A stretch of 64,000 nucleotides of DNA from Octopus sinensis (Eukaryota). The notes below the pieces were generated by a model. The model was not told the origin of the DNA, searched no databases, and worked only from the letters and a program-made list of their open reading frames with translations. The stretch covers positions 12,152,001-12,216,000 of the forward strand of contig NC_043024.1 in NCBI RefSeq assembly GCF_006345805.1, given 5' to 3'. Of this stretch, positions 25,069-38,344 are shown one piece after another. The position numbers and the translations under genes are program-made. Every line of letters begins with the position of its first letter. Within the stretch, counting starts at the first letter, position 1.

Positions 25069-25099
<31 letters not shown>

Positions 25100-25233
25100 G
25101 AAAGAATGGAGTTGAACGAAGATGTTAACAAAATTCATTTACTCTCGACATATGACGTGAATTTGCTACCCAGGTTTCGGTTAAACAAATTTTCCATTCA
25201 ATCGATAAACATAGGATAATTCATTCACCTATT

Positions 25234-25277
<44 letters not shown>

Positions 25278-25508
25278 GTGCATCCAACAAATTTCCCAAG
25301 TTCACAACATTTCCACAATACAAATTCAAAGACAATTCTAGCCAAAATGACTGCATTAGCAAGGAAATACATTTCATGAGAAAATATCGACTGAGTCTAA
25401 ATTCTCTAAACTAGCAACATTGAGACTTTTTTTTTATATGTGTATGTGAATACATATGTATGTGTGTATATATGTGTATTTATGTATGTATATATATATA
25501 CATGTGTG

Positions 25509-25576
<68 letters not shown>

Positions 25577-25674
25577 TATATGGGTATTATGTGCATGTAT
25601 ATATAGTTTGTGTATGTACATGTATGTGTGTATATATATATATATATGAGTGTGCGTATGTATCTGTATCATCA

Positions 25675-26880
25675 TCATCATCATTTAACATCCGCTTTCC
25701 ATGCTGACATGGGTTGGACGATTTGATTGGGGATTGGTCAAATGACCTCGCCCAAATGTTGTTTTCCATGTGCCACCAGCATAAGTACCAGTAAAGCAAC
25801 ACTGGTAATGATCACGCTCAGATGGTACTTTTTACATGCCAATGGCACAGGAGCCAGTCAGTGGCCCTGGCAATGATCACACTCTGCTGCTGCTCTTAGA
25901 GCTCAAGTGACATGGATGTCAGTCATGCAGTGATGTCATCGAATTTAATTTTTATTTCACTTGCCTCAACAGGTCTTTGCAAGTAGAGTTTAGTGTCCAA
26001 TGAAGGAAAGGTACTCATAAGTGGGCTGGTTACACAACTGGTATAGGCCATGTGTTATGGTCTCACTTGGCTTGCTGTCTTCTCAAGCACAGCATATTTC
26101 CAAAAGTCTCAGTGAGGCCTAATATTCGAAAGTCGTGCTTCACTACCTCATCCCAGGTCTCCCTGGGTCAATCTCTCCTAGAATTTTCCTCAACCATTAT
26201 GGTGTAACACTTTTTCACACAGCTATCCTCATACATTCTCATCACATGACCATACCAGCCCAGTCATCTCTCTTGCACACCACATCTGATGCTTCTTAGG
26301 TCCAACTTTTCTCTCAAGGCACTTACACTCTGTCGAGTATGCACACTGACATTACACATCGATTGGATCATACTGGCTTCATTCATTGCGAGAATACACA
26401 TGTCCTCAGAAGTCACAGCCCATGTTTCACTGCCATGTAGAATGGCTGTTCGTTCACATGTGTCATACTGTCTACCTTTTACTCTGAGTGAGAGGCCCTT
26501 TGTTACCAGCAGAGGTAGGAGCTCTCTGAACTTTGCCCAAGCTATTCTTATTCTAGCAGCTACACTTTCAGAGCACCCACCACCTCTACTGACTTGGTCA
26601 CCTAGGTAATGGAGGCTATCAACTACTTGTAGGTTTTCTCCCTGGAATGTGTCAGAAGTTGTTCTCTGCACATTTTCAGTGTTTATAGTTCTTGAGCATT
26701 TGCCACATACAAAAACTATCTTCCCAATTAGCCTTCCTTTGATTTTGCTGCACCTCTTATGTGTCCATAGCTTAAACTGGGGACATCTTATAGAGTTTCT
26801 ACCTACACCTTTTCTACAGATCGAGCAGGGACAACTACCTGAAGGGATTTGTGGTTTGTCTGCCTTCCTACTTATTTTGT
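25675..26880 (-). mobile_element. 5'-truncated RTE 3' fragment with (ATG)n tail
   Basis: QVVDSLHYLGDQVSRGGGCSESVAARIRIAWAKFRELLPLL...LHGSETW; collinear with 33540-35240. Confidence 0.88.
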
Positions 26881-27857
26881 ATATATATATGTATATGTGT
26901 ATATGGGTGAGTCTATATAAGTGTGTATATCGATATATGGATATGCAAGTTATTCATAAGAAAGAAAGACAAGGAGTTGAAGAACCTGATTTCGATTAAA
27001 ACCCCATTGGGAACAACTTCACAATGATTATTATTATTACTGCTGCTAGTTATTCGACGACTACAGCCACTCCTAAGAAAACAAGTCTTGACCACATTAT
27101 TTAATTTACAAAAACAGATAGTAATAATTTGCAGTCACGGTCAGTTCAACTTGTTACACCACCAAAACTAACGGATATTACCACGTGCTCTTGCAGGAAA
27201 AAGGAAATTAAACTGTGAAGGTTAATTTTAATTTAATTTTATTTAATTTTATTTTATTTTATTAATAGCTCTTTCCTCTTTACATATTCCATTTTAGTAC
27301 ATCTTTTGATAAGGCTTTTCAAAAACTGAAACATCAAAATGCATTCTTATAAAAGGAAAATTAAAATGTACCCATGTTGTATATCTCATTTCACTGTTTC
27401 TTTTTTCATTGTTCAGAAAAAGTTTGTTTTCTATGTTTTTGTGTTTTCTTTTCTCATTGTGTTCAACGTTTTTTTGTTGTCCTGTACCCATATATGCATG
27501 TATATATACATATATAAGTAGGTATGTACATATATGTATGTGTATATGCATATATTTATATATTATTTATATATATATATATATTATATATATAATATAT
27601 ATATATATATTTTTGTATGTATATATATATGGGTATGCATAGACATAGGTGTGGCTGTGTGGTAAGAGAATTGCTTCCCTACCACATGGTTTGGGAGTCA
27701 ATCTCACTGCATGGCACCTTGATTAAAAGGTTTTTTTCTGTACTCTTGGTCCAACTACAGCTTTGGGAGTTGATGTAGTAGATGGAAACTGAAAGAAGTC
27801 TGTTGTGTGTGTGTGTGTGTGTGAGTGTGCATGTGTTTATGTATTTCTTGATTATGA

Positions 27858-27863
27858 TTTATT
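27858..27863 (-). other. Candidate polyadenylation signal AATAAA for gene A
   Basis: About 80 nt after the stop codon; position only. Confidence 0.35.
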
Positions 27864-27940
27864 GATTGTAGATATTTGATTATATTTTGTGTGGAAGCCA
27901 AAATTGAACAAAGTTAAGATAAAATCGTTGGAATGCTTCC

Positions 27941-28107
27941 TTAATAATTGACAAATGCTTGTGGAATCCTTTCTTCATTGTTGACAATCCTTTCACATTC
28001 CATAAAAAAATCATAAGTGATTCTGTCGCTGACAACAGAATCATTCTTGTAATCTTCATGATTTCTAACAAACTGCCTTGTCCATTGGGCTAATGTCATT
28101 ATCTTTC
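27941..28107 (-). CDS. GCLC: GCLC-like gene A, last exon 16 (KIMTLAQWTRQFVRNHEDYKNDSVVSDRITYDFFMECERIVNNEERIPQAFVNY*)
   Basis: Matches GCLC G.LMT.A.W.R.F...HPDYK.DSV; ttttatag acceptor; TAA at 27943-27941. Confidence 0.92.
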
Positions 28108-28548
28108 CTATAAAATAAATTGAAATAATAAATGGTTTATTATTTATTTTCTATGGAAATTCTTTGCTGCATTCGGTAACAATATCCTATCCCCATGATC
28201 TAAGGCACAAATAGGTAAAGCCTGATCTGTTTCTTTGCTTTATTTGTTTTAGTGGTAATAATTGTTTCAAAAGTCTTATTTAAAACTGAACTGTGGCAGA
28301 ATAGTTTAATGACAGGACAGGATCTGGAACGAATACTTCACACACATGCATATACACACATTATCCTTCATATTAGTCTGTAGTATATGGAGTGTGAAGA
28401 TTTACTAACAATAAGTGTTACTCGGTTAAAATACAGTTTAGCATTATATTTGATAATTGAAAAAGAAACTAGCATTATTGGAGGGTAAATGTTATATATT
28501 TAAGATAAAATTTGTTTAATATTGATGAAAACAAATGAATCGTCTCAC

Positions 28549-28666
28549 CTGCCGCTTTGTCTGAGATATATTTCAGGTATTGCATTATTTGTGGCCTTTT
28601 ACTGGCGTCATAGTCAAATTGATCAAGGTATTTGTGTATGAGAGGAATTAAACCAGGGAAATCATC
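28549..28666 (-). CDS. GCLC: GCLC-like gene A, exon 15 copy b (DDFPGLIPLIHKYLDQFDYDASKRPQIMQYLKYISDKAA)
   Basis: FPGLIP motif; intact AG/GT; 118 nt, phase 0-1; duplicate of 31062-31179. Confidence 0.65.
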
Positions 28667-28827
28667 CTGTTGATAATAGAATCAAAATAATTGCAAATAG
28701 TTTGAGTTTTCTGTCCCGTAGTTGTTTGAGATTGCCCGACTGGTTATAAAAGTTATTAATATTTTTGGTTGAAAGGACAATTACAAAAATACACAGAGAA
28801 ATGGAAAGAATATTAACATAGGTGCAA

Positions 28828-29245
28828 ACATGGCTGTGTGGTAAGAAACTTGCTTCCCAACCACACTGTTCTGGGTTCAGCTTCACTGTGTGGCACCTTG
28901 AGCAAGTGTCTTCTACTACAGCCTCAGGACAATCATAGCCTTTGAGTGGATTTGGTTGATGGAAACATAAAGAAGCCCATCATGTGTGTGTGTGTGTTTG
29001 TATGTACGTATGTATGTATGTATGTATTTACATGTGTGTCTGTATTTTTCCCCACCACCACTGCTTGACAACTGATGGTGGTTTGTTTATGTCCCCATGA
29101 CTTAGCAGTTCAGCAAAACAGACCTATAGAATAAGTACTAGGCTTACAAAGAATAAGTCCTGAGGTCGACTTCCTCAACTAAAAATCCCTTTAAGGCTGT
29201 GCTCCAGCATGGCTCCAGTCAAATGACTGAAATGTGTAAAAGAAT
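28828..29245 (+). mobile_element. tRNA-derived SINE-like composite (head, (TG)n, second module); similar at 31435-31850, 43440-43820 and many partial copies
   Basis: Head tggctgtgtggtaag..ggttcag..ggcaccttgagcaagtgtctt; tail ..ctccagcatggc..agtcaaatgactgaaac. Confidence 0.75.
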
Positions 29246-31061
29246 AGAATATTCCCTTTTACATTAAAAATACTTCATCTGTATGTTCATATGGTGTAAT
29301 GCTGCATTCATGTACAAACATATGGACCATGCACAGTGGACCATCTACAAACAAAACTACACATAATTACTCAAATTATGCAGAACATATGCAGAACACT
29401 ACAGAACACTATGCAGCCAATAAGGCAGTCAAATTTCCCCCTGCACCATCATCAATACTCATCAAAACAATCAGTAATCTCCTCTTCATGTTTTTAAAAA
29501 ATAGTTGCTTCATCTAGATCAGTGGTTCTCAACCAGAATCCAAATAGCATTTAGGGGTCTACATGGCCCTTGTGGGTCCATGTAAGATTCCGTTGTACAA
29601 GAAATGAAATTGATTATTATTCTATAATACACAAAATATTTTAGCAATTTCCGTTATGCAATTCCTAATAATATTTAATTATAAAAATATAATAGGATAT
29701 TTTTAAACATCAAATGGTTACGAGGGTCCAGTTGAGCAAAATAAAGGATCAAAAGGGGATCCATGGGCAGAAAATGGTTGGGAACCATTGATCTAGATTA
29801 TACTTGTTTACTGATTTCACCTTTTTTCTGCTCACTCACACATACATCTCATCACATACACATTTCATGCGCATCGACATGCATGCATTCACAAACATTT
29901 AGCAGAAAGATGGTACCAAGCAAACACACAATTGTTACAATGCACATGTATCTTTGATCTTTTACCTGTTTCAGTCATTAGACTGCAGCCATGCTGGGGC
30001 ACTACCTTGAAGAATGTTTAGTCAAATGAATGGAATGGATCGACCCCAGTACATTTAAAAAAAAAGTTTTGTACTTATTCTATCAATCTCTTTTGTCAAA
30101 CTGTTAAGTTATGATGATGTAAACACACCAACACCATATATATATGACGGGGTTCTTTCAGTTTCCATCTACCAAATCCATGCACAAGGACATGGTTGGC
30201 CCAAGGCTATAGTAGAAGACATTCGCTACTCAGTGAAACTGAGCCTGGAAACATGTGGTTGAAAAACAAGCTTTTTACCATTCAAATTTACTGTGATATA
30301 GAAGACACCAGCCAACTTCAGCTGCTTTTGTCCAGAAGCTCAGAAATAATTGAATTGGTTCACCGTACCAACTCATAGGAAGAGACAACACTGACCCACA
30401 GACTACACTGCATTGACTCACAGACATAAAAGCACTGCACTATGTACAAGTCACTCAGACATTTGGCAGCACATAACTGACTTACATACATAAGTGTGTT
30501 CTCCAGTCTACAGATTGTTTTTTTCCTAATACTTTTGAATTGTACTTTGACCTGTATTCAACCGTTATTCTAGTTTCTCCTGTGTATACATACACACACA
30601 CACACACACATGCTAGTGCTGAAAAGTTCTTCGCTTAAAGAATATTGCAAAAGGCTTGGTTGATGGCCCAACCTTTCGAGCTCTTTAACAGGGCTTAGAC
30701 TATATGAAGGACCGCTGCCAATAAGTGTGTGAATCTGAGAGGGGAATATTTCGAATAAAATAATTTACTGATCCACCTGTATTTTCTTTTACCAAAAACC
30801 AGAAAGTCTTCAGCATTATCTCATATACATACATCATACATGGATGCATGAGTATGTATGTATATACATACTTTATTACTCGTGACTACTGTACTTTACA
30901 GAAAATCTCTAGAAACATTCACGTTGACAAATTATTGGATTCAAACTTTGGCACAATTATATTTGATAATTAGAAAAGAAACTAGCATTATTGGAGGGTA
31001 AATGTTGTATATTTAAGATAAAATTTGTTTAATATTGATGAAAACAAATGAATCGTCTCAC

Positions 31062-31179
31062 CTGCTGCTTTGTCTGAGATATATTTCAGGTATTGCATTA
31101 TTTGTAGCCTTTTACTGGCGTCATAATCAAATTGATTAAGGTATTTGTGTATGAGAGGAATTAAACCAGGGAAATCATC
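31062..31179 (-). CDS. GCLC: GCLC-like gene A, exon 15 copy a (DDFPGLIPLIHKYLNQFDYDASKRLQIMQYLKYISDKAA)
   Basis: FPGLIP motif; caacag acceptor, gtgaga donor; 118 nt, phase 0-1. Confidence 0.8.
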
Positions 31180-31591
31180 CTGTTGATAATAGAATCAAAA
31201 TAATTGCAAATAGCAAGAATTGGCAAGAAAAACCCTTACCAATTCCTATTTGATATCTATCCCTTTCAACAAAGCATGAGTTTTAGAAGTGATATCAACA
31301 CTTTCTGTCATTTATATTCTTTTAGAATCTAAAATGTGTTAGTGGGCCATTTTGCTTAATGGTAGATTACTCAGTCGGTATCTGAGGGGGTACAGGTTCA
31401 ACTTCTATAGCTGTCTGCTGGCAACTTTTATAGGTGCAGGCATGGCTGTGAGGTAAGAATCTTGCTTCTCAACCACATGGTTCCAGGTTCAGTCCCACTG
31501 AATAGCACTTTGGGCAATCTTCTTCTATTATAACCTCGGCCAACCAAAGATTTGTGAGGGGATTTGGTTGATGGAAACTGAAAGAAGCCCG

Positions 31592-31641
<50 letters not shown>

Positions 31642-32095
31642 TCATGTGCTCATGAGTCTGTGTTTGTCCCCCACCATCGCTTGACAACTGGTACTGGTAT
31701 GTTTATGTCCCGTAACATAGTGGTTTGGCAAAAGAGACTGATAGAATAAGTAATAGGCTTACAAAGAATAAGTCCTGGGGTCAATTTCTTCCATTAAAAC
31801 CCTTTAAAACGGTGCTCCAGCATGGCCACAGTCAAATGACTGAAACAAGAATTCACGAACTTTCGAGGGAACATAAAATAATCTCTTTTTTGGGCTACAG
31901 AAGATCTCAAACCACGCATAAAGCTAAAAAAAAAAAAATGCCTGTAAATATTAGGTTTAAAGAAAAAATATTTGGATTGAAAATGTCAAATGCAGCCTTT
32001 GACTTTTCTGTTCAAAAGGTTTTTCTGCCTGATATTTGCAGGCCATTATTTAAGGTTTTCTGTGTGATTTAGAATTTATTAAAAATATTTTTTAC

Positions 32096-32166
32096 CTTTC
32101 CATTCATGATTTCATCTAAAGTCATCAAAGTGTAAATATCATCTGTTAGTTCACAATTAGCAAATT
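32096..32166 (-). CDS. GCLC: GCLC-like gene A, exon 14 (EFANCELTDDIYTLMTLDEIMNGK)
   Basis: YTLM..D.I.NGK motif; 71 nt, phase 1-0. Confidence 0.9.
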
Positions 32167-33087
32167 CTAATTGACAGAAAATAAAACAATTATAGATTTA
32201 GTACAATAAATACTGTAAACACATCAGCTTATATAGGGTAACAGGCAAATAACTGTTTCTGTTTACAATGCAAAACCCTAATCTTAGAATGTTTAAACAA
32301 GGTGTGAGAGAAAAACTTCCCATGTTTTATGGTCAATGTTGTGCTTCTTGTAATTAGTTTGGTAGGTTGTAATGAGGTTTTCATGTAGCTAATGTGTTAT
32401 TACTCTTCTTTAGTTATTATCATGCATTTGCTGTTCAAACGTTGATCAAAAACTAAATCACCCGTGACCCATTGGATCACCTATAGTTCAAGGTACCTAG
32501 AAAATCACATATCTTAGTAACCTATGGTCCGATTTACATGAAACTTGTTTTATTTCATATTCACGTGAGCATCCTCAATATCTGATTCCTGATCCCTCTT
32601 GCTTCTCTCTCTTTCTCTTTGTTCCACAAGATGCTCAGCCCTTGCTTTATCAGTCTCATTGATCTTTCTATTCACATACCAGTCTTGACCTTGGGTAAAT
32701 ATTTTGTAAATGACCCGTTTGTACTTTCATTTGAAAAACGTATAATCGGCAAATTTATCATAAACATTTTTCAATGAGAAGGGGAGGTTGGCTGAATTTG
32801 AAATGAAATACATATGGCCTTGGCAAACATGATATAGAAAGAACTGGGGAAATCCTAGATTCATCTACTAAGTCGCATTTGAATAATAATAACTAAGCTG
32901 TTGATTCAAGAGAGAGAGCAAGTAAACTGTTGATTCATGCACAGCAAAATGAAGAAAGGAATAATATTTGGGGAAACTATTTAAAATATACAACAGATTC
33001 TGTGCACAGACCACAAACTAAGTTTAGTCCCCACATAGCTTGATGGGCTTAGAAGAAAAGTTGTATATTTAGCTATCATTATTATTA

Positions 33088-33131
<44 letters not shown>

Positions 33132-33487
33132 ACTAAATTAATCTGTGTGTGTGTGTTCCCACCAGTGCTTGACAACCGATGCTGGTGTGTTTACACCCCT
33201 GTAACTTAGTGGATCAACAAAAGAGACCGACAGAATAAGTACTGAGGTCAATACATTCGACTAAAAATTCTTCAAGGTGGCACCAAAGTATAATTAATGA
33301 ATGAAGCAGGTAAATATATCTTTATAGCCAGGAGTAGCTGTGTTAAGAAGCTTGCTTCCCTACCACATGGTTTCAGGTTCAGCCCCACGTGGTGGTACCT
33401 TGAGCAAGTGTCTTCTAATATGGCCTTGGGCCAACCAAAGCTTTGTGAGTGGATTTGGTAGACGGAAACTGAAAGAAGCCCATTGTA

Positions 33488-36400
33488 TCATCATCATTGT
33501 TTAACGTCAGTTCTCCATGCTAGCATGGGTTATATGCATCATCATCATCATCATCATCATCATCATTTAGCGTCCGTTCTCCATGCTAGCATGGGTTGGA
33601 CGGTTCAACTGGGGTCTGTGAAGCTGGAAGGCTTCATCAGGCCCAGTCAGATCTGGCAGTGTTTCTACGGCTGGATGCCCTTCCTAACGCCAACCACTCC
33701 GTGAGTGTAGTGGGTGCTTTTTACGTGCCACCCGCACAGGTGCCAGACAGAGCTGGCAAACGGCCACAAACGGATGGTGCATTTTATGTGCCACCGGCAC
33801 GAGGGCCAGGCGAGGCTGGCAACGGACACAAACGGATGGTGCTTTTACGTGCCACCAACACGGGGGCCAGACAGAGCTGGCAAACGGCCACGAAACGGAT
33901 GGTGCTTTTACGTGTCACCGGCACGGGGGCCAGGCGAGGCTGGCAACGGGCACGAACGGATGGTGCTTTTACATGTCACCGACATGGGGGCCAGACAGGG
34001 CTGGCAAACGGCCACGAACGGATGGTGCTTTTACGTGTCACCGGCACAGGGGCCAGGCGAGGCTGGCAACGGACACGAACGGATGGTGCTTTTACATGTC
34101 ACCGACATGGGGGCCAGACAGGGCTGGCAAACGGCCACGAACGGATGGTGCTTTTACGTGTCACCGGCACGGGGGCCAGACAGAGCTGGCAAACGGCCAC
34201 AAACGGATGGTACTTTTACGTGTCACCGGCATGGGGGCCAGGCCAGGCTGGCAACGAACACGAACGGATGGTGCTTTTACGTGCCACCTACACGGGGGCC
34301 AGACAGGGCTGGCGAACGGCTACGAACGGATGGTACTTTTACGTGTCACCTGCACGGGGGCCCTGATGTTGATCGACCTCAATTTGGTTTGATCTTGATT
34401 TTGACTGTTCTCACTGGTCTTGCCGGGTTTTCTCACGCACAGCATACCTCCAAAGGTCTCGGTCACTGGTCATTTCCTTGGTGAGACCTAAAGTTCGAAG
34501 GTCGTGCTTCACCGCCTCGGCCCAGGTTTTCCTGGGTCTACCTCTTCCACAGGTCCCCTCAACTGCCAGGGTGTGGCACTTTCGCACACAACTATCTTCA
34601 GCCATTCTCATCACATGACCATACCAGCGCATACGTCTCTCTTGCACACAACAACTGATACTTCTTAGGTTCAACTTTTCTCTCAAGGTACTTACACTCT
34701 GTCGATTATGAACACTATGTTACACATCCATCGGAGCATACTAGCTTCATTTCTTGCGAGCTTACGCAAATCCTCAGCAGTCACAGCCCAAGTTTCACTA
34801 CCATGTAGCATGGCTGTACGTACACATGCATCATACAGTCTGCCTTTTACTTTGAGCGAGAGGCCTTTTGTCACCAGCAGAGGTAAGAGCTCTCTAAACT
34901 TTGCCCAGGCTATTCTTACTCTAGCAGTTATACTCTCAGCGCACCCGCCCCCGCTACTGACTTGGTCACCTAGGTAACGGAAACTATCAACTACTTCTAG
35001 CTTTTCTCCCTGGAAAGTGACGGAAGTTGGTCTCAGAGCATCTTCAGTGTTAATTGTTCCTGAGCATCTGCCACATACAAAAACCATCTTCCTAGTTAGC
35101 CTTCCTTTGACATTGCTGCACCTCTTATGTGTCCATAGCTTACACTTGGTGCATCTTATAGAGTTTCTACCTACACCTTTTCTACAGATCGAGCAGGGCC
35201 ATCTACCTGAAGGCGTTTGTGATTGGTCTACCTTCCTACTTATTAGGACTTTGGTTTTGGCTAGGTTGATTCTAAGGCCCTTCGATTCTAAACCTTGTTT
35301 CCATACCTGAAACTTCTCCTCTAGTTCTGATAGAGACTCAGCAATTAGAGCAAGGTCATCAGCATAGAGGAGCTCCCAGGGGCATCCTGTCTTGAATTCC
35401 TCCGTTATTGCCTGGAGGACTATGATAAATAGGAGGGGGCTGAGGACTGAACCTTGGTGGACCCCAATCTCTACCCTGAATTCTTCACTGTACTCGGTGC
35501 CAACCCTCACCTTACTAGCAGCGTCTCTGTACATGGCTTGTACAGCTTTCACTAACCATTCATCTATCCCTAGTTTCCTCATTGACCACCAGATGAGGGA
35601 TCGGGGGACCCTGTCGAAGGCTTTCTCCATATCAACAAAAGCCAGGTATAGGGGCTTGTCTTTGGCTAGGTATTTCTCTTGCAGCTGTCTTACCATGAAA
35701 ATAGCATCAGTAGTACTTTTCCCTGGCACGAACCCAAACTGCATCTGATCTAGGCTAACTCTCTCTCTAATTGGTTGGGCTATAACCCTCTCCGTAACCT
35801 TCATTACCTGATCCAGCAGCTTGATACCCCTGTAGCTATTTGTATCTAGGGCGTCACCTTTACCTTTGTAGCAGCTGACTATTATGCTGCTACACCAGTC
35901 ATTGGGAATGACTCCTTCGTGTATCACCTGGTTAACTATACGGGTGACTAGGCTATAGCCGACACTACCAGATATTTTGAGCATCTCTGCAGTAATTCCT
36001 GATGGGCCTGGGGCTTTCCCTGTTTTCATGCTTTTAATTGCCTTATCTACTAAGGAACTGTCAACTCGGATTGCTGGTCCCTCTGTTGGGTCAACATTCG
36101 GCAGAGACTCTCTTTATCCCATTCATTTTCCTCATTCAGCAACCTTTCATAGTGGCTTCTCCAAACCTCTCTCTTTGCATCCTCATTTAGCGCAAGTGAG
36201 CCGTCATCCGTGCGAACACATTTTTCTCCTACCACGTCACGATTCTCTCTCACACACTGTCTTGCTATACGAAATACCTCAAGTCTTTCATCCTCACGGC
36301 GCAGGACATTGGCAAATTTTTTTCCTATCTGCTTCCCCTCTGGCTAAATAAACCTGCCTCCTAGCTTCCCTTCTTGCAGTCTGATACACTTCCCTGCTAC

Positions 36401-37230
36401 CACCGTTCTTCCAGTCCTTCCAAGCCTGTTTCTTTTGTCTAATAGCTCTGTCAACAGTATTGTTCCACCACCACGTTATTTTGGGTCTTGTGGGGACTTT
36501 GCACCAGCCACAGATCTGGTCAGTGGCTTTCAGCAGGTTGTCCCTTAGAAGCGCCCAGTTATCTTCTACCCCATGTGTAGCTATGCCCCCTTCTATTTCG
36601 TCGAAGGCTTCAAGTAACATGTCTCTAAATCTCTGTCCATTAGCAGGATCTTTAAGCTTCCAGACCCTTCTTCTCCATGTTGGTCGTCTTCTAGTCGTCC
36701 TCTTAGTCCTGATCCTAAAGTCACTGACTACCATTCTATGTTGTGGGGTACATTCTTCGCCTGGGAAGGTTTTGGCATTCATAAGCAGCCATCTTTCCCT
36801 TTTTCTGGCAAGGATGTAGTCGATTTGGCTAGTATGCTGGCCCGAACGGTAGGTGACCAGGTGGCTTGTTGGTTTCCTGAAGTTAGTGTTGCAAACCATA
36901 AGACTATTCGCATCACAGAACTCCAGCAGCCTGGTTCCCTCCTCATTGCGAGAACCATAACCATAGCCTCCATGAACGCCATAGAAGCCCTCAGCATATA
37001 GTCCAACATGCCCATTGAAGTCACCAGCCACAAAGAGAAGGTCCCTGTTGTTCGTCAATGAGGTGGTCTGCAGTAGGGTGTCATAGAAACGGTCTTTCTG
37101 TCCATCGGGTAACCCTGGCTGAGGGGCATAGGCCGATATAATAGTTGCTAAACTATGATGGAGCACTAATCTAATCTTCAATATTCTGTCACATACTCTG
37201 ACTACCTCGATAACTTTATCTACCCATATA
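33488..37230 (-). mobile_element. Young 5'-truncated RTE-clade LINE (partial APE, full RT), few frameshifts, inserted into a SINE composite in intron 13
   Basis: ORFs 36294-37283 (AYAPQ, GDFNGHVG, QIDYIL), 34692-36029 (RT with LLYADDL), 34411-34686; (ATG)n tail at 33488-33566. Confidence 0.95.
33700..34365 (-). repeat. About 11 tandem ~61-bp units in the RTE 3' UTR, alternating subtypes
   Basis: ggatggtgcttttacgtg recurs about every 61 bp; alternates ccagacagagctggc / ccaggcgaggctggc. Confidence 0.92.
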
Positions 37231-37445
37231 TGTATTTGTGTATCTGTCCCCCCCCCCCGCCACCATCGTTTGACAACCAACATTGGTGTGTTTACATCTC
37301 CATAAATTAGCAGTTCAGCAAAATAGACAAATAGATTAAGTACTAGGCTTACAAAGAATAAGTCCTGCGGTCAATTTGTTTGACTAAAGGCAGTGCTCCA
37401 GCATGGTTGCAGTCAAATGACTGAAACAAGTAAAAGAATAAATGA

Positions 37446-37477
<32 letters not shown>

Positions 37478-38262
37478 GTGCAGGCATTGATGCGTGGTAA
37501 AAAGTTTTCTTCCCAACCACATGGTTCCATGTTTAGTCTCACTGTGTGACACCTGGGGAAAATGTCTACTAGAGGCAGACGGAAGCTGAAAGAATACTTG
37601 TGTGTATAAATTATATATATTTAGTTTGTGGCATATTTATATATATGTCAAAGGGGACATAACTAATTCTTTCCCTCCTCCTTTTTCCATTTAGGCTTGC
37701 CATTCCATGCTTTGAACCCACTTTCATCTTACCTTTTCTCATGGTTTCTCTTGTTCTGTTTCCCAATTTGTAACCTGTAAAGGCTGTGTGTTCACAGCCT
37801 GACGATTACTTGAAGACACTTGCCATGTTTTAAACTTGCCTAGCTAAGATCTTCAATGTATAAAACTATTAGTATAGCTATATACTGTGTATTCTTTTAC
37901 TTTTTCAGTCATTTTGACTGCAGCCATGCTGGAGCACTGCATTTAGTCAAGCAAATCAACCCCAGGACTTACTATTTTGTAAGCCTAGTACTTATTCTTT
38001 CGGTCTCTTTTGCCATTCCACTAAGTTATGGGGACGCAAACGCACCAGCATCAGTTATTAAGTGATGTTGAGGGGATCAATCACAGACATACAAACACAC
38101 ACACACACCCATACACACACATATGGCATTTTAGTTAAGTTTGCTTCTTTCCAGTCATGTACATAAACAACAATATATATTTCCTAAACAATCACAATCT
38201 TTAATAAAAGTTAAAATTACATTTTCATTATCCTCAAAATTTCCAATAAATTTAGTTCTTAC

Positions 38263-38344
38263 CTTTTTGGACATCTTTTCTGAAGTGAAACTTTTCTTTA
38301 TTAATGGCATCCCGCTTTTGTGCTGATGTGAAGTTTTCATCAAC
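38263..38344 (-). CDS. GCLC: GCLC-like gene A, exon 13 (VDENFTSAQKRDAINKEKFHFRKDVQK)
   Basis: VDENM..AQKRDA....F.FRKD motif; 82 nt, phase 0-1. Confidence 0.93.

Noticed and set aside
26990-27200. CpG-enriched patch with a CACGTG as possible promoter for gene B
   Set aside because: Short motifs are expected by chance; no transcript evidence
34411-37283. RTE as an autonomous active element
   Set aside because: 5'-truncated within the endonuclease domain and frameshifted at least three times
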